Shown here piece by piece: positions 53,213 to 64,000 of a stretch of 64,000 nt of DNA. The stretch covers positions 40,208,804 to 40,272,803 of the forward strand of contig NC_068997.1 in the NCBI RefSeq assembly GCF_001194135.2. The letters are read 5' to 3'. Position 1 is the stretch's first letter, and every line of letters starts with the position of its first letter. Both the position numbers and the translations under genes were made by a program. Under the pieces are notes generated by a model that did no database searches, was not told where the DNA came from, and was given only the letters and a program-made list of their open reading frames with translations. The DNA is from Octopus bimaculoides. Lineage: Eukaryota.

Positions 53213-53248
53213 CTCTAGTTTCGATTCTAGCTGGCATCTCATCAGGAA
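53213..53248 (-). ncRNA. Candidate minimal hammerhead motif
   Basis: Minus strand TTC-CTGATGA-GAT-[10 nt]-ATC-GAAA-C-TA-GAG: intact core and G10.1:C11.1 helix II, but helices I and III are very short. Confidence 0.4.
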
Positions 53249-53539
53249 TTTCAGCTTGTCTCTGTCTCCATCACTTATTCCAATTTATGGCCACTAAGAC
53301 TTGTGAAATATTCAAGCGTCCTTGAACGAGTAGAAGTCTTTGCAGGCTTCACAGTCAGTTATTGATCTTATGCACAAAACTGTAAATCGAATTCATTGAA
53401 TATACGCAATTGCAATCTTTGTAAACGGTACAAAGATTTAACCAGTGCTATGACTTATAACTACATAAATATATGGCTGGCAACCAAACCAGACCAATGC
53501 ATCACTCTTCCATCCATGGTCAGATAACTATACACCTCT

Positions 53540-53737
53540 TTGCTTTTGTATTTCACTTGTTTCAGTGACTGAAGAATTTTCAGTAGAATCAACCCCAGTA
53601 CTTTTTTCCCCGTTTCCTTCATGAAGCAACCCCAGCCCATTTCCTTTAGCCCGGTACTTATTCTACCCATCTTTTTGCCGGACCGCTACGTTACAGGAGC
53701 GTAAATACACTAACACTGGTTGTCAAGAGATTGTGGG

Positions 53738-53778
<41 letters not shown>

Positions 53779-53920
53779 TATGTAACAGGTTTCTTTCAGT
53801 TTTCGTCAACCAAATCCACTCACAAAGCTCTGGTCGGCCCGAGGTTACGGTAGAAGGTGACACGCGGTTGGATTGAACCCGAAGCCATGTGGTTAGAAAG
53901 CAAACTTCTTACCACTCAGC
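53540..53920 (-). mobile_element. SINE family A, full length
   Basis: Minus-strand head GGCGTGGCTGAGTGGTAAGAAGTTTGCTTTC...GGGTTCAATCC, internal (TG)n, family A tail. Confidence 0.85.
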
Positions 53921-53948
53921 CACGCCCGTGCCTATATGTGTGCGTGTA

Positions 53949-53995
<47 letters not shown>

Positions 53996-54737
53996 ATGAG
54001 TGTGTAAGTATGTACATGTGTGTGTATACGTATATATGNNNNNNNNNNNNNNNNNNNNNNNNNNNNNNNNNNNNNNNNNNNNNNNNNNNNNNNNNNNNNN
54101 NNNNNNNNNNNNNNNNNNNNNNNNNNNNNNNNNNNNNNNNNNNNNNNNNNNNNNNNNNNNNNNNNNNNNNNNNNNNNNNNNNNNNNNNNNNNNNNNNNNN
54201 NNNNNNNNNNNNNNNNNNNNNNNNNNNNNNNNNNNNNNNNNNNNNNNNNNNNNNNNNNNNNNNNNNNNNNNNNNNNNNNNNNNNNNNNNNNNNNNNNNNN
54301 NNNNNNNNNNNNNNNNNNNNNNNNNNNNNNNNNNNNNNNNNNNNNNNNNNNNNNNNNNNNNNNNNNNNNNNNNNNNNNNNNNNNNNNNNNNNNNNNNNNN
54401 NNNNNNNNNNNNNNNNNNNNNNNNNNNNNNNNNNNNNNNNNNNNNNNNNNNNNNNNNNNNNNNNNNNNNNNNNNNNNNNNNNNNNNNNNNNNNNNNNNNN
54501 NNNNNNNNNNNNNNNNNNNNNNNNNNNNNNNNNNNNNNNNNNNNNNNNNNNNNNNNNNNNNNNNNNNNNNNNNNNNNNNNNNNNNNNNNNNNNNNNNNNN
54601 NNNNNNNNNNNNNNNNNNNNNNNNNNNNNNNNNNNNNNNNNNNNNNNNNNNNNNNNNNNNNNNNNNNNNNNNNNNNNNNNNNNNNNNNNNNNNNNNNNNN
54701 NNNNNNNNNNNNNNNNNNNNNNNNNNNNNNNNNNNNG

Positions 54738-57130
54738 GCTGCTTGAACCCATTCTCTAGCAGTACCATTTAACTGTTTTAATACAAAGTTTTTATATCAT
54801 TTTTTCCTTCTTTTTCCCCCCATTTTTCCTTTTAGTATCGTATGTGTAGTCTTTAAAAAAAATTTGAAACTTTATTCACACTTTACCATTTTATATATGG
54901 CAACAAGTCATCGTAATCTGTAACTGGCGGTAGGCTGTGAATGTCTACCTCACTCCCATTGAGTCCACCTTGTTTCCAAACCATTCCTTTAATTTTTAGT
55001 ATCTCTCTTTGTCTATTACTATGGCTTTTGTACTTTCTGGGTAATGTTCCATTGGTAATTTAACTCTTATCTCCGATTTAAATTTGGTGATTTTCCTTTC
55101 TATATCTGCTTTTTGTATATGTTATCATATGCCATTTGTTTTTCCAAGTCTTTTGACTGTTCGTTCCTGCGGTGGAATTTGGTTGTCTTCGATTGTTTCC
55201 TTTTCTTTTTCCTTCGTTGTTGGTGCTGTTGGTGGTTCATGTAGTGAATAATGTGTATATTCTATTTCACCCTCCTTCTTTTTCTTTCTTGGACTCTTCG
55301 GGGATGAGTTCACTAGTTCTTTGGTCCGCCACTTCGGCATTCTGCTCCTGTTGGCTTCCCTCGTTTTTATTTTCTCTCTGAGGATACTTTATTCTAATTT
55401 TCGCCGCATTGATAGCAAATTGGTGGCCTTCCTTCTAACACCACTCTCAGCCTTATATCCCCCGGTGGTATTATTTCTACAGCGATTTCATTTAGATCTT
55501 GTTGTCCGACCTGGATGACTATTTTTAGTCCGTATTTCTTTGTCACCTTCAGAATTTTGGCGTCTTCCACAGTTTTGTGTATTACGGCTGCCACCAGCCA
55601 CGCTTCTTTGATTTCTGGTGGTGCTCTACCTATTCTAACTCTGGCGACCCTTTTGCCGCAGTACGTATGTAGGAGTACCCATCTTTCCGTCTTCAGCGTC
55701 ACAGTGGAATGATTTATTGCCTCCTGTTCGTTGACAAATCTCACCTCCATTGTGCCGTATTTTCTGCCTCTTGTATAGAATGTTGTCAGGTGCATAATTT
55801 CCTTTAGCCATTCTTCAATTGCTTCTTCCGTAGCTATCTCTAATTTTTTGTGGTTGTCGATAGTGTTCTGTACACCACTGTTCTTTTCTTGGTACTTGTT
55901 TCCACCTCTTGTGGAGGGGTCAGCTTTAAACTGGATCCCTCCTTCTGAATCAGCTTGTAGTGTTCCTTCAGCTTCTTCTGTTCAATTTTTATTACTTGCA
56001 CTTCTTGCGAATCTGTACCTTTTCCAGCTGCTGAAGCATAACTCCCGGCATGTACTGGGATTGGTTCACACTCCATTTTTTTTTCTTTTTTCTGTTACTT
56101 CGCTCCAAAATGGGGAAGAAGACAAACGCAAAATTTAACAGGTATGCAGGCAAAAACAGCAACGGTATTTAACAAATTCAACCAAACATTACTCACCCGC
56201 GCGGGAAGAACTTTCAACAAAGATGCAACAAAGTATAGAATGACTTATGTCAACGGGAATCAAAAATGATTTAAAAACCAACAAAAGTACATCACTGACT
56301 GACACTGCTTTCCACTATTTATCAGTAGTGAAACAGCCCACTTATCTCTTGCGGATGTCCGCCACAACACCTTCCCGCTTTGAGATTTATTCCTTCTTCC
56401 ACAATCATTATAATTTTTCCTTTCTTTTTCTTCTAAACAGAATTATTTTTCTCTTTTTATTTAGATTTTTTCTTGTTCCACACAGAATTGTAGATCTTTT
56501 GTTTCAAAATGCCGCAGGTAGTACCAGTCTACATTGTTTACCGGTAGCGCTATTAACATACAGTGACTTGACTTAAATCCTTCCAACGGGCTTATATTAT
56601 TTTTCACTGTGTATAGTTCAGTTCTGTGTTAGAGTTCCAGTTTTATCAGACATTTTTTTTTCAAAATCTTTTTTGTCATATATTTTTCACTGTGTGCATA
56701 TTATTTTTCGCTGTGTGTAGTTCGGTTCTGTGTTAGAGTTCCAATTTTATCAGACATTTTTTCTTCAGAATCTTTTTTTCATATATTCTTCATAGTGTGT
56801 GTATTACTTTTCACTGTATGAAGTTCAGATCTTACATTTAGATCTTTAACATTTTTCCACTGCGTGAACTGAGTCCTGTTGCCACGGATAGAACGACACC
56901 ATAATACAGAGGGAGGTATCCTCGTTGCCACTGATATAATGACACCGTTATATAGTGGGAGGTATCCTCATTGCCACGTACCGCATTATGACGACGTATT
57001 TCGTCGTCTGCGTGACTGGCCCGAATAGCGTATCTCGCTGACTGTATTTCTTTATTTGGTACATCGGCAATGATGCAGGTGGGGGGCGGCACAAGGACAG
57101 AGAGAACACAATAGTGCGGAAAAAACCCCA
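54738..57130 (-). mobile_element. ORF1-only unit A (Gag/ORF1-like pseudo-ORF about 54890-56076)
   Basis: ATG at 56076, then KKLKEHYKLIQKEGSSLKLTPP, RGRKYGTMEVRF, VLLHTYCGK, RVRIGRAPPE, VVLEGRPPICYQCGE and C-terminal KITKFKSEIRVKLP...LKEWFG; frameshifts; 5' region carries internal tandem repeats. Confidence 0.75.
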
Positions 57131-57134
57131 TAAA

Positions 57135-59820
57135 ACGAATGAATGAGAAATTAATAATAATTAATGAGGATGTAATGGCTGCTTGAACCCCACTCAAAAA
57201 GTTTTTGCATCATTTTTTCTCTTCTCTCTTTTTTTCCTCTTAGCATCGTATGTGTAGTCTATTTTAACAAAAGCTTACTCACACTTTACGAATTCACGTA
57301 TGGCTTCAAATCTACCTAATCTACAACAGGCCTAAAAAGTTCTCAACATGAAATATAGCAGCATACCAAAAACGTGAGCGGGCAAGACATTTAAAATCAC
57401 CTAAAATGTACCTTAATCCCCTGAGATTGCAGATAATATTTCTGAATCTCTTTGATTCTTTAAATGTGCTGGCCCCCTGATAATTAATCGATATTAATTA
57501 ATATATTAATATATGAATAATTACCAGATCTTATAATAATCTNNNNNNNNNNNNNNNNNNNNNNNNNNNNNNNNNNNNNNNNNNNNNNNNNNNNNNNNNN
57601 NNNNNNNNNNNNNNNNNNNNNNNNNNNNNNNNNNNNNNNNNNNNNNNNNNNNNNNNNNNNNNNNNNNNNNNNNNNNNNNNNNNNNNNNNNNNNNNNNNNN
57701 NNNNNNNNNNNNNNNNNNNNNNNNNNNNNNNNNNNNNNNNNNNNNNNNNNNNNNNNNNNNNNNNNNNNNNNNNNNNNNNNNNNNNNNNNNNNNNNNNNNN
57801 NNNNNNNNNNNNNNNNNNNNNNNNNNNNNNNNNNNNNNNNNNNNNNNNNNNNNNNNNNNNNNNNNNNNNNNNNNNNNNNNNNNNNNNNNNNNNNNNNNNN
57901 NNNNNNNNNNNNNNNNNNNNNNNNNNNNNNNNNNNNNNNNNNNNNNNNNNNNNNNNNNNNNNNNNNNNNNNNNNNNNNNNNNNNNNNNNNNNNNNNNNNN
58001 NNNNNNNNNNNNNCTAGCGCATTAATTGTCCACGTTAGTTGTCGACGTTATTTTTAAAATGTACCTTAATTCCCTGAGATTGCAGATAATATTTCTGAAT
58101 CTCTTTGATTCTTTAAATGTGCTGGCCTCCTGATAATTAATCGATATTAATTAATATATTAATATATGAATAATTACCAGATCTTATAATAATCTACAAC
58201 AGGCGGTAGGTCGTCGAGCTCCACCTCTACTCCCAATGGGTTCATCTTGGTTCCAAACCATTCTCTCAACCTTATATACCTCCCTTGGTCCATCACCATG
58301 CTTTCTGTGCCTTCTGTGCAACGCTCTGCTGGCAATTCCACTCCAATCACCGATTTGAACTTGGTAATCCTCTCCTCTACCGCCGTACATCTCGTATATA
58401 TCACCATATACCACCTATTTTTCTCGGGCTCCTTAACTGTTCGTTTTTGCGGTGAACTTGGGCTGTCTGGGTAGGTTTCCTTTTTGTTTGTTTCCTTTTG
58501 TTATTGATGCTGGTGGAGATATGTACCGCATAAGTTCTGCAATGTCCATTTCACTATTTTTCTTTTTGGACTCTTCGGAGGTGACCTCACAAATTCCCTT
58601 CCTCTTCTCCTGTTCACCTCTGCAAATGCTTCCTCCGCTTCCTCCGTGCATTTCTCACTTTCCAGGGCCGCCACTTTGGCATTCTGCTCCTTTTGGCCTT
58701 CCTCCCTCCTACTGTCTCTCCGGGGGGCACCTTACTCCCATGTGTACCTTCTCTCCGCACCTTAATCCCACGTGTACCTCCCTCCACCACCACTCTCAAC
58801 CACACGTCCCCCTGTAGAATCACCTCTTCAGTGATTTCATTCAAATTTCTTTGTCCAACCTGAATGACCATTTCTAGGCCAAACCCCCACCAACCTACTT
58901 TCCTTGTCCCTGTCACCCATGAAATTTTGGTGTCCTCCTTAGTTTTATGTATTACGGCTGCCACCAGCCACGCTTCCTTGATTTCCGGAGGTACCCTGAC
59001 TATTCTAAATCTGGCAACATCTTTGCCGCAGTAGGTTGGCAGGAGTACCCATTCTTACGTCCTGAGCGTCACAGTGGAGTGATTTATTGCCTCCTGTCCG
59101 TTGGCAAACCTCAACTCCACTGTCCTGTATTTTCTGCCTCTTGTGTAGAATGTTGTCAGGTTCTTTATCTCCTTAAGCCATTCTTCTATCGCTTTTATTG
59201 TGGCTATTTTTATTTCCTTGGTTGTTGTAGACAGTGTTCTGTTAACCACTGTTCGTTTCATTGTACTGGTTGTCCTTTCTTCTGGCGGGGTCAGCCTTAA
59301 ACAGGATCCCTCCTTCTGAATCAGCCTGTTATACTCCTTCAGTTNNNNNNNNNNNNNNNNNNNNNNNNNNNNNNNNNNNNNNNNNNNNNNNNNNNNNNNN
59401 NNNNNNNNNNNNNNNNNNNNNNNNNNNNNNNNNNNNNNNNNNNNNNNNNNNNNNNNNNNNNNNNNNNNNNNNNNNNNNNNNNNNNNNNNNNNNNNNNNNN
59501 NNNNNNNNNNNNNNNNNNNNNNNNNNNNNNNNNNNNNNNNNNNNNNNNNNNNNNNNNNNNNNNNNNNNNNNNNNNNNNNNNNNNNNNNNNNNNNNNNNNN
59601 NNCAACAATTTGAATCATAGGTTCACCCTCAGGCGACTCTTCGACATGTATGTAACAAAGCACAGTACGACTTACGTCAACCGGAATCAAAAATGATTTA
59701 ATACTAACAAATATACCTCGCGGGGTGCTTTTCTTTATTTGGCAGCCAGGCTATGAACACACTGGGGGACAAGACAAGGACAGACAATACACCACAGTGG
59801 GGACAAAAACATAAGTCGAA
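57135..59820 (-). mobile_element. ORF1-only unit B (pseudo-ORF about 58170-59345; N-terminus in a gap)
   Basis: LKEYNRLIQKEGSCLRLTPP, RGRKYRTVELRF, WLVAAVIH, CGEKVHMGVRCP and ITKFKSVIGVELP...LREWFG...DDLPPV; 3' UTR at 57180-57331 is homologous to unit A 54738-54900. Confidence 0.75.
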
Positions 59821-59821
59821 T

Positions 59822-61645
59822 GAAAAATGAAAAATGAAAAATGTACAATGAAATCGATGGTGATGAAATGGCCGCATGCGCCCCACTCACATGCAATACC
59901 ATTTGAACGTTCTTACTTTCAGTTTGTAATCATTTCTTTTTTTCTTTGTTTTTTCACAATTAGCATCATTTTGTTTACTCTTTTTTCCCTTAAAAAATAA
60001 ACAATTTTACTCTCTACTGGCGGCAGTTCGTCAAACTCCACCATGAATCCCGGCTGCTTAATTTGACACATTTCCTTCAACTTGTTATATTTTCTTTATC
60101 GATTAAAATAGCTTTGACATTTTCACCGTACACCTCCTTGGGCAACTTAACCCTTATAACGGATTTAAGCTTGGTTATCATTTTTTGCGTATTTATGCTT
60201 TTAGCATATGTCACGAAATTCCAGCTTGTTTTCTCGGCCTTCTTGTTTGTCATATTCCACTCTTGGCGCCACCGCCTCCATTCTTGTTAGTATTGCTGTT
60301 TCTTCTCATTGTGGTCCTAAAAAAATCTCTAGTGTGCTTGCTTCTATCTCCTCCTCCTCCTCCATAACCTCCTTCTCATCCTCCTTTTCTACCTCTTTCT
60401 CGACCTTCTTTTCAATACCCTTTACTGCTTTCTTTTCAACCTCCTTTACGACTTCCTTCCCCCACCCCTTTATCTGCAGCTCTTTTCTTTTTCTGTCTCT
60501 CCGGCGGAGAGTCCACTCTTTCTTTCCTCTTACGTTTTTTAACCGCTTCAAATTCCTCCTCTATTCCTGTTGTCTCCTTCTCATCTACCTGCACCACATC
60601 GTTCACCTTCTCCTGCTCTTCAGACTGTTTCATCTGTTGTTTCTTCTCTTCTCTTTGGGGGCATCTCGCTTTCATGTGGCCTTTCTCACCACACAGGTAT
60701 CATATAGGAGGCCTACCCTCCACTACCACTCACAATCTCATATTTTCGGGTAGGATAATTTCTTCCGGAATTTTATTCATGTCACTCACACTTGCATGTA
60801 CTGCCATCTCGATTCCGTATCCCCAGCAGTTTATTCTTTTCGTTCTTGTTACTTTCAGGATTTTCGCATCCTCCTCCATATTGTACATGACTGCGGCAAC
60901 CAAAAATGTTTCATTCAACTCTGGTGGCACTTTTCCCACCCTCACTCTGACAACTCCCTTGCCACAGTATGTTGGTAGGAGCACCCACTCTTCTGTCTTT
61001 ATGCCATCAGTGGAGTGCTTTATCGCTTTGTCTACGCTTGCGAACCGCACCTCCACTGTGCCATATCTTCTTCCTCTTGTTATAAACGTGGTGACCTTTT
61101 TGACCTCTTTTAAACTCTTCTCAATGTCTTCTATCGTAGATATTTCGATTTTCCTTGTCGATATCTCCAGTGCTTTGTATATCACTGTCCCGTTCTTAAC
61201 TCCATTTGTTAAGTCAACCGGGGGCGTCAATTTAAGGCTGTGGCCTTCCTTTTCCAATAGCTTGCCGCATTCTCTCAGCTTTTTTGGCTCAATTTTAACT
61301 TCTCGAACTTCCAAAGCTTCTACTCCTGTTCCTCTGGCAGCTGTAGCCGCATTACTGTGGCTCTTTGCTGGTTCGGTCTCCATTACAATTTTTCTCTCCG
61401 CCTCTCTCATAAATGGGAAGAAAAAACACAGTTCAACAAAAGCTCGTTAGCAGAAACTGTAATTTCAACAAGGAACAAAACGTGATACACCAACGAGGAG
61501 AGACCTTTAACAATTATAACAATATCACCACTTACTTCAACGTAACCAAGAAAAACACACTGCCACAGTTTATTCCCACTCTCTTATTTCTATGCCACCG
61601 CATAGAAGGAAGAGAGTGGGACACACAGAAATGGGGACAAAAAGA
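59822..61645 (-). mobile_element. ORF1-only unit C, gap-free (pseudo-ORF about 59995-61410)
   Basis: ATG at 61410, then RGRRYGTVEVRF, VLLPTYCGK, RVRVGKVPPE, then RL*VVVEGRPPI*YLCGEKGHMKARCP (CX2CX4HX4C with the first Cys as TGA), a charged linker and ITKLKSVIRVKLP...FDELPPV. No RT or endonuclease in the unit. Confidence 0.8.
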
Positions 61646-64000
61646 ACTTCGTCGACACATGCGGCAGTAGGATGATCTTATTGAAAGTTAGTGACGCAAG
61701 AGAGGAAAGATGGATTGAGGCTCTTGCCAAGAAGCTTTGACAAGAGACTCACATGCCCGGCACGGTCGAGATCTTTTGTCGAAATCGAGATCCACATAAT
61801 TACTTTTACCACATTCCTTCAAGGAAAGAGTTCATTAATGAGCGAGAGAAGGGGTTTATTAGAAGCCAATTTATATATGACTCTATCATCACCTGGTGTA
61901 ATTCATCTATGTCGTAAAACCTTTGAAGTTAAAAAAGACATATCAGATGTCCTTTCGACATTTAGATTAGCCAAGCTTGATGCTGGGTCACTATGAGACT
62001 ATTTCATTGGGATCAGTGTGTGTGTGCTACTACAGTTTACAGTGTCCTGCTGTCTTATGAACTTTTGTCAGACAAATTCTCGAATAATAAACAATTGACC
62101 AATAACTTCACGTGAAAATATGAATAATAGATGAAAACGTTCTTTGAAATGATGTCTTAAAGAAAATAACTATGTCGGCTATCAGATTGAATGTCTAAAA
62201 TTCAGCGGCGCGGGAAAAGCAATAAAAAATGAACGACATAAAAATGAATATTTGATGGAAAGTTTCATGTCTCACTGAAAAGTGAAATTCTTAAAGTATT
62301 TATGAAGAATAATATAGTAGATATAAATCTATCGTTACTATCGTCATTATGAATTTATTATCCCATTTTTACGTTGTAGACGGTAAGTGGTAAAAGCTGC
62401 AGATCAGAGAGAGCTTGGCGGCAGTAATAATATATTTAATAGAAAATTAAGATATTTGAATAAAAAATATAATAGAAATGTTTTTGACATAACGTAAAAA
62501 TCTTTCTCAGAATATTTTAAAAGTTATATTTGAAAACAGGATGAGTAAAAAGTGATGCACAAAAATAATGGATAGTAAATAACTCATTGGTAGTAAAGAA
62601 AAAGGAAAACAAATGAAAGATGTGTAGAAAAAAAATCTCAGTACTAGAGTAAATTCATGTCGTGTTTGATATAATGTTTTGGTTGCAAAAGATGTGAACT
62701 ACCTAAAAAAAAATTTTACTTAATCGAGTGAAAACTAAGGCATAAATTATTTTTTCCATATTTTTCAAGATATATATCAAAGATATTAAAATATTTAATA
62801 GAGAAATATGGATAAAAGTTGGAAATGTTTACTGAAAAATGGAGTGTTTTGGCCCAGAGGGACTAAAAATTTGAAAGTATTTTAGAGAACAGCATGCCAG
62901 TCACACAATCTCATCCCTTGTGTTAGGTGTAGCAGACTGGCTAATTAAAAAAAAACGGTATGTCGTATCAACTATTTCAGTACAAAGCAAAATTTTTAGC
63001 AAATAAGGATGATACAGTAAGTGCAGATCAGAGAAAACTATTTCATCGGATGTTATCAATACAATATTCTTTCACCTATAATTCTTTTTCGAAACTGACT
63101 TCATGCTTTATTCTACCAAGGTTAATAACATCAGTACAAACGACTATCATTAGTTGTGTTCGACTAAAGTGGGCAAACTGCATATGTACTACACGTGTAC
63201 ACACCAGTTCTTTGCAGTTTTCAAATAGCCTTTCTACAACAAGATTTCAGAATCTCCTGGCATTTTGCCTTTAAAAATTCACATTCTGAAAAATAAATAC
63301 ATAAATAAAATAAAAGTTTTAAGAAGAGAATTATCACTTCCAAACTTTAGGAAGCTGTAATAACAGGAAAATATGTTCATTTCCAGACTCCACTGCCTTT
63401 TTCTTATACCATATAATTATTTAGTCAAAAAGACGAAAATGTATCTTTTCAGTGTATTCGTTTTCTCTTACAAAATACTTGAAGTGAAATAGTGTTAAGA
63501 ATTTCACATCAGGTACCTTGAAAAACAAATACAAAAGTGAAACATTTTAAGCTGCAGCCAAACAAGAAACAGTCTATAGTTTTAATTTTCCTTATTTCAC
63601 TGCAAACATTAAATTTACATTGCAACCCAGCAATTACTTCGCTTGCTCTCAAAATCTGCATCCTCAAACTAAAACTCAAGACCTTCACAACCGTTTCTAA
63701 ACTTTTGCCCTATCATGATCTGAATTGTCGAAAAACTTGTCATGTTTTTCTCATATGAAGAGGAGTTTGAAACTAATGTGGTCACATTTAAGAACTTAGC
63801 AAATCTCGTTTTCTCCTAACACATTTGTTGTTGGTATGATTTTACTTTTCCTTAAACAATCTACCGTTAGCAAAACCTCAATGTTATAGATAGCTTGATA
63901 ATCAACACTGCTCGCTCCTTATTCACCTCAGTTTAATTAAATATATATCTTTAATATCTTTGGTTAAAATGAAGATGTTTACACCTCGGTCTGTGTTCAA

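Noticed and set aside
56594-56978. CRISPR-like array
   Set aside because: Whole units repeat with no unique spacers, the context is eukaryotic and there are no cas genes.
63537-63758. hAT dimerisation-domain remnant (ITSLALKICIL)
   Set aside because: Only a few residues resemble the motif, and no other transposase motifs are nearby.

Overview
Repeat-dense, gapped (about 7.4 kb of N in 13 large gaps) eukaryotic genomic DNA with no recognisable host exon; it reads as intronic or intergenic. The repeat repertoire and microsatellite load resemble a coleoid cephalopod, probably Octopus (inference from recalled repeat families, not a database match). Most ORFs in the supplied track are artefacts of microsatellites, low-complexity DNA or N runs. 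Supportable content: (1) about 20 tRNA-derived SINE copies from at least four modular families; (2) a cluster of R4/Dong-type LINE fragments (RT, CCHC, restriction-like endonuclease) at 9-22 kb, most abutting (TAA)n; (3) decayed RTE and CR1-group LINE fragments; (4) two decayed Penelope-like elements and several minimal hammerhead-ribozyme motifs, one within a tRNA-headed, inverted-repeat-flanked element at 45.6-46.0 kb; (5) hAT and mariner DNA-transposon remnants and MITEs; (6) at 54.7-61.6 kb, three diverged head-to-tail copies of a roughly 1.8-2.7 kb unit that carries only a Gag/ORF1-like frame (RRM-like region, CCHC knuckle, unrecognised C-terminal domain) and no reverse transcriptase. Items 4 and 6 are the best candidates for undescribed systems. 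All coordinates were read by eye and are approximate to a few bases or tens of bases.
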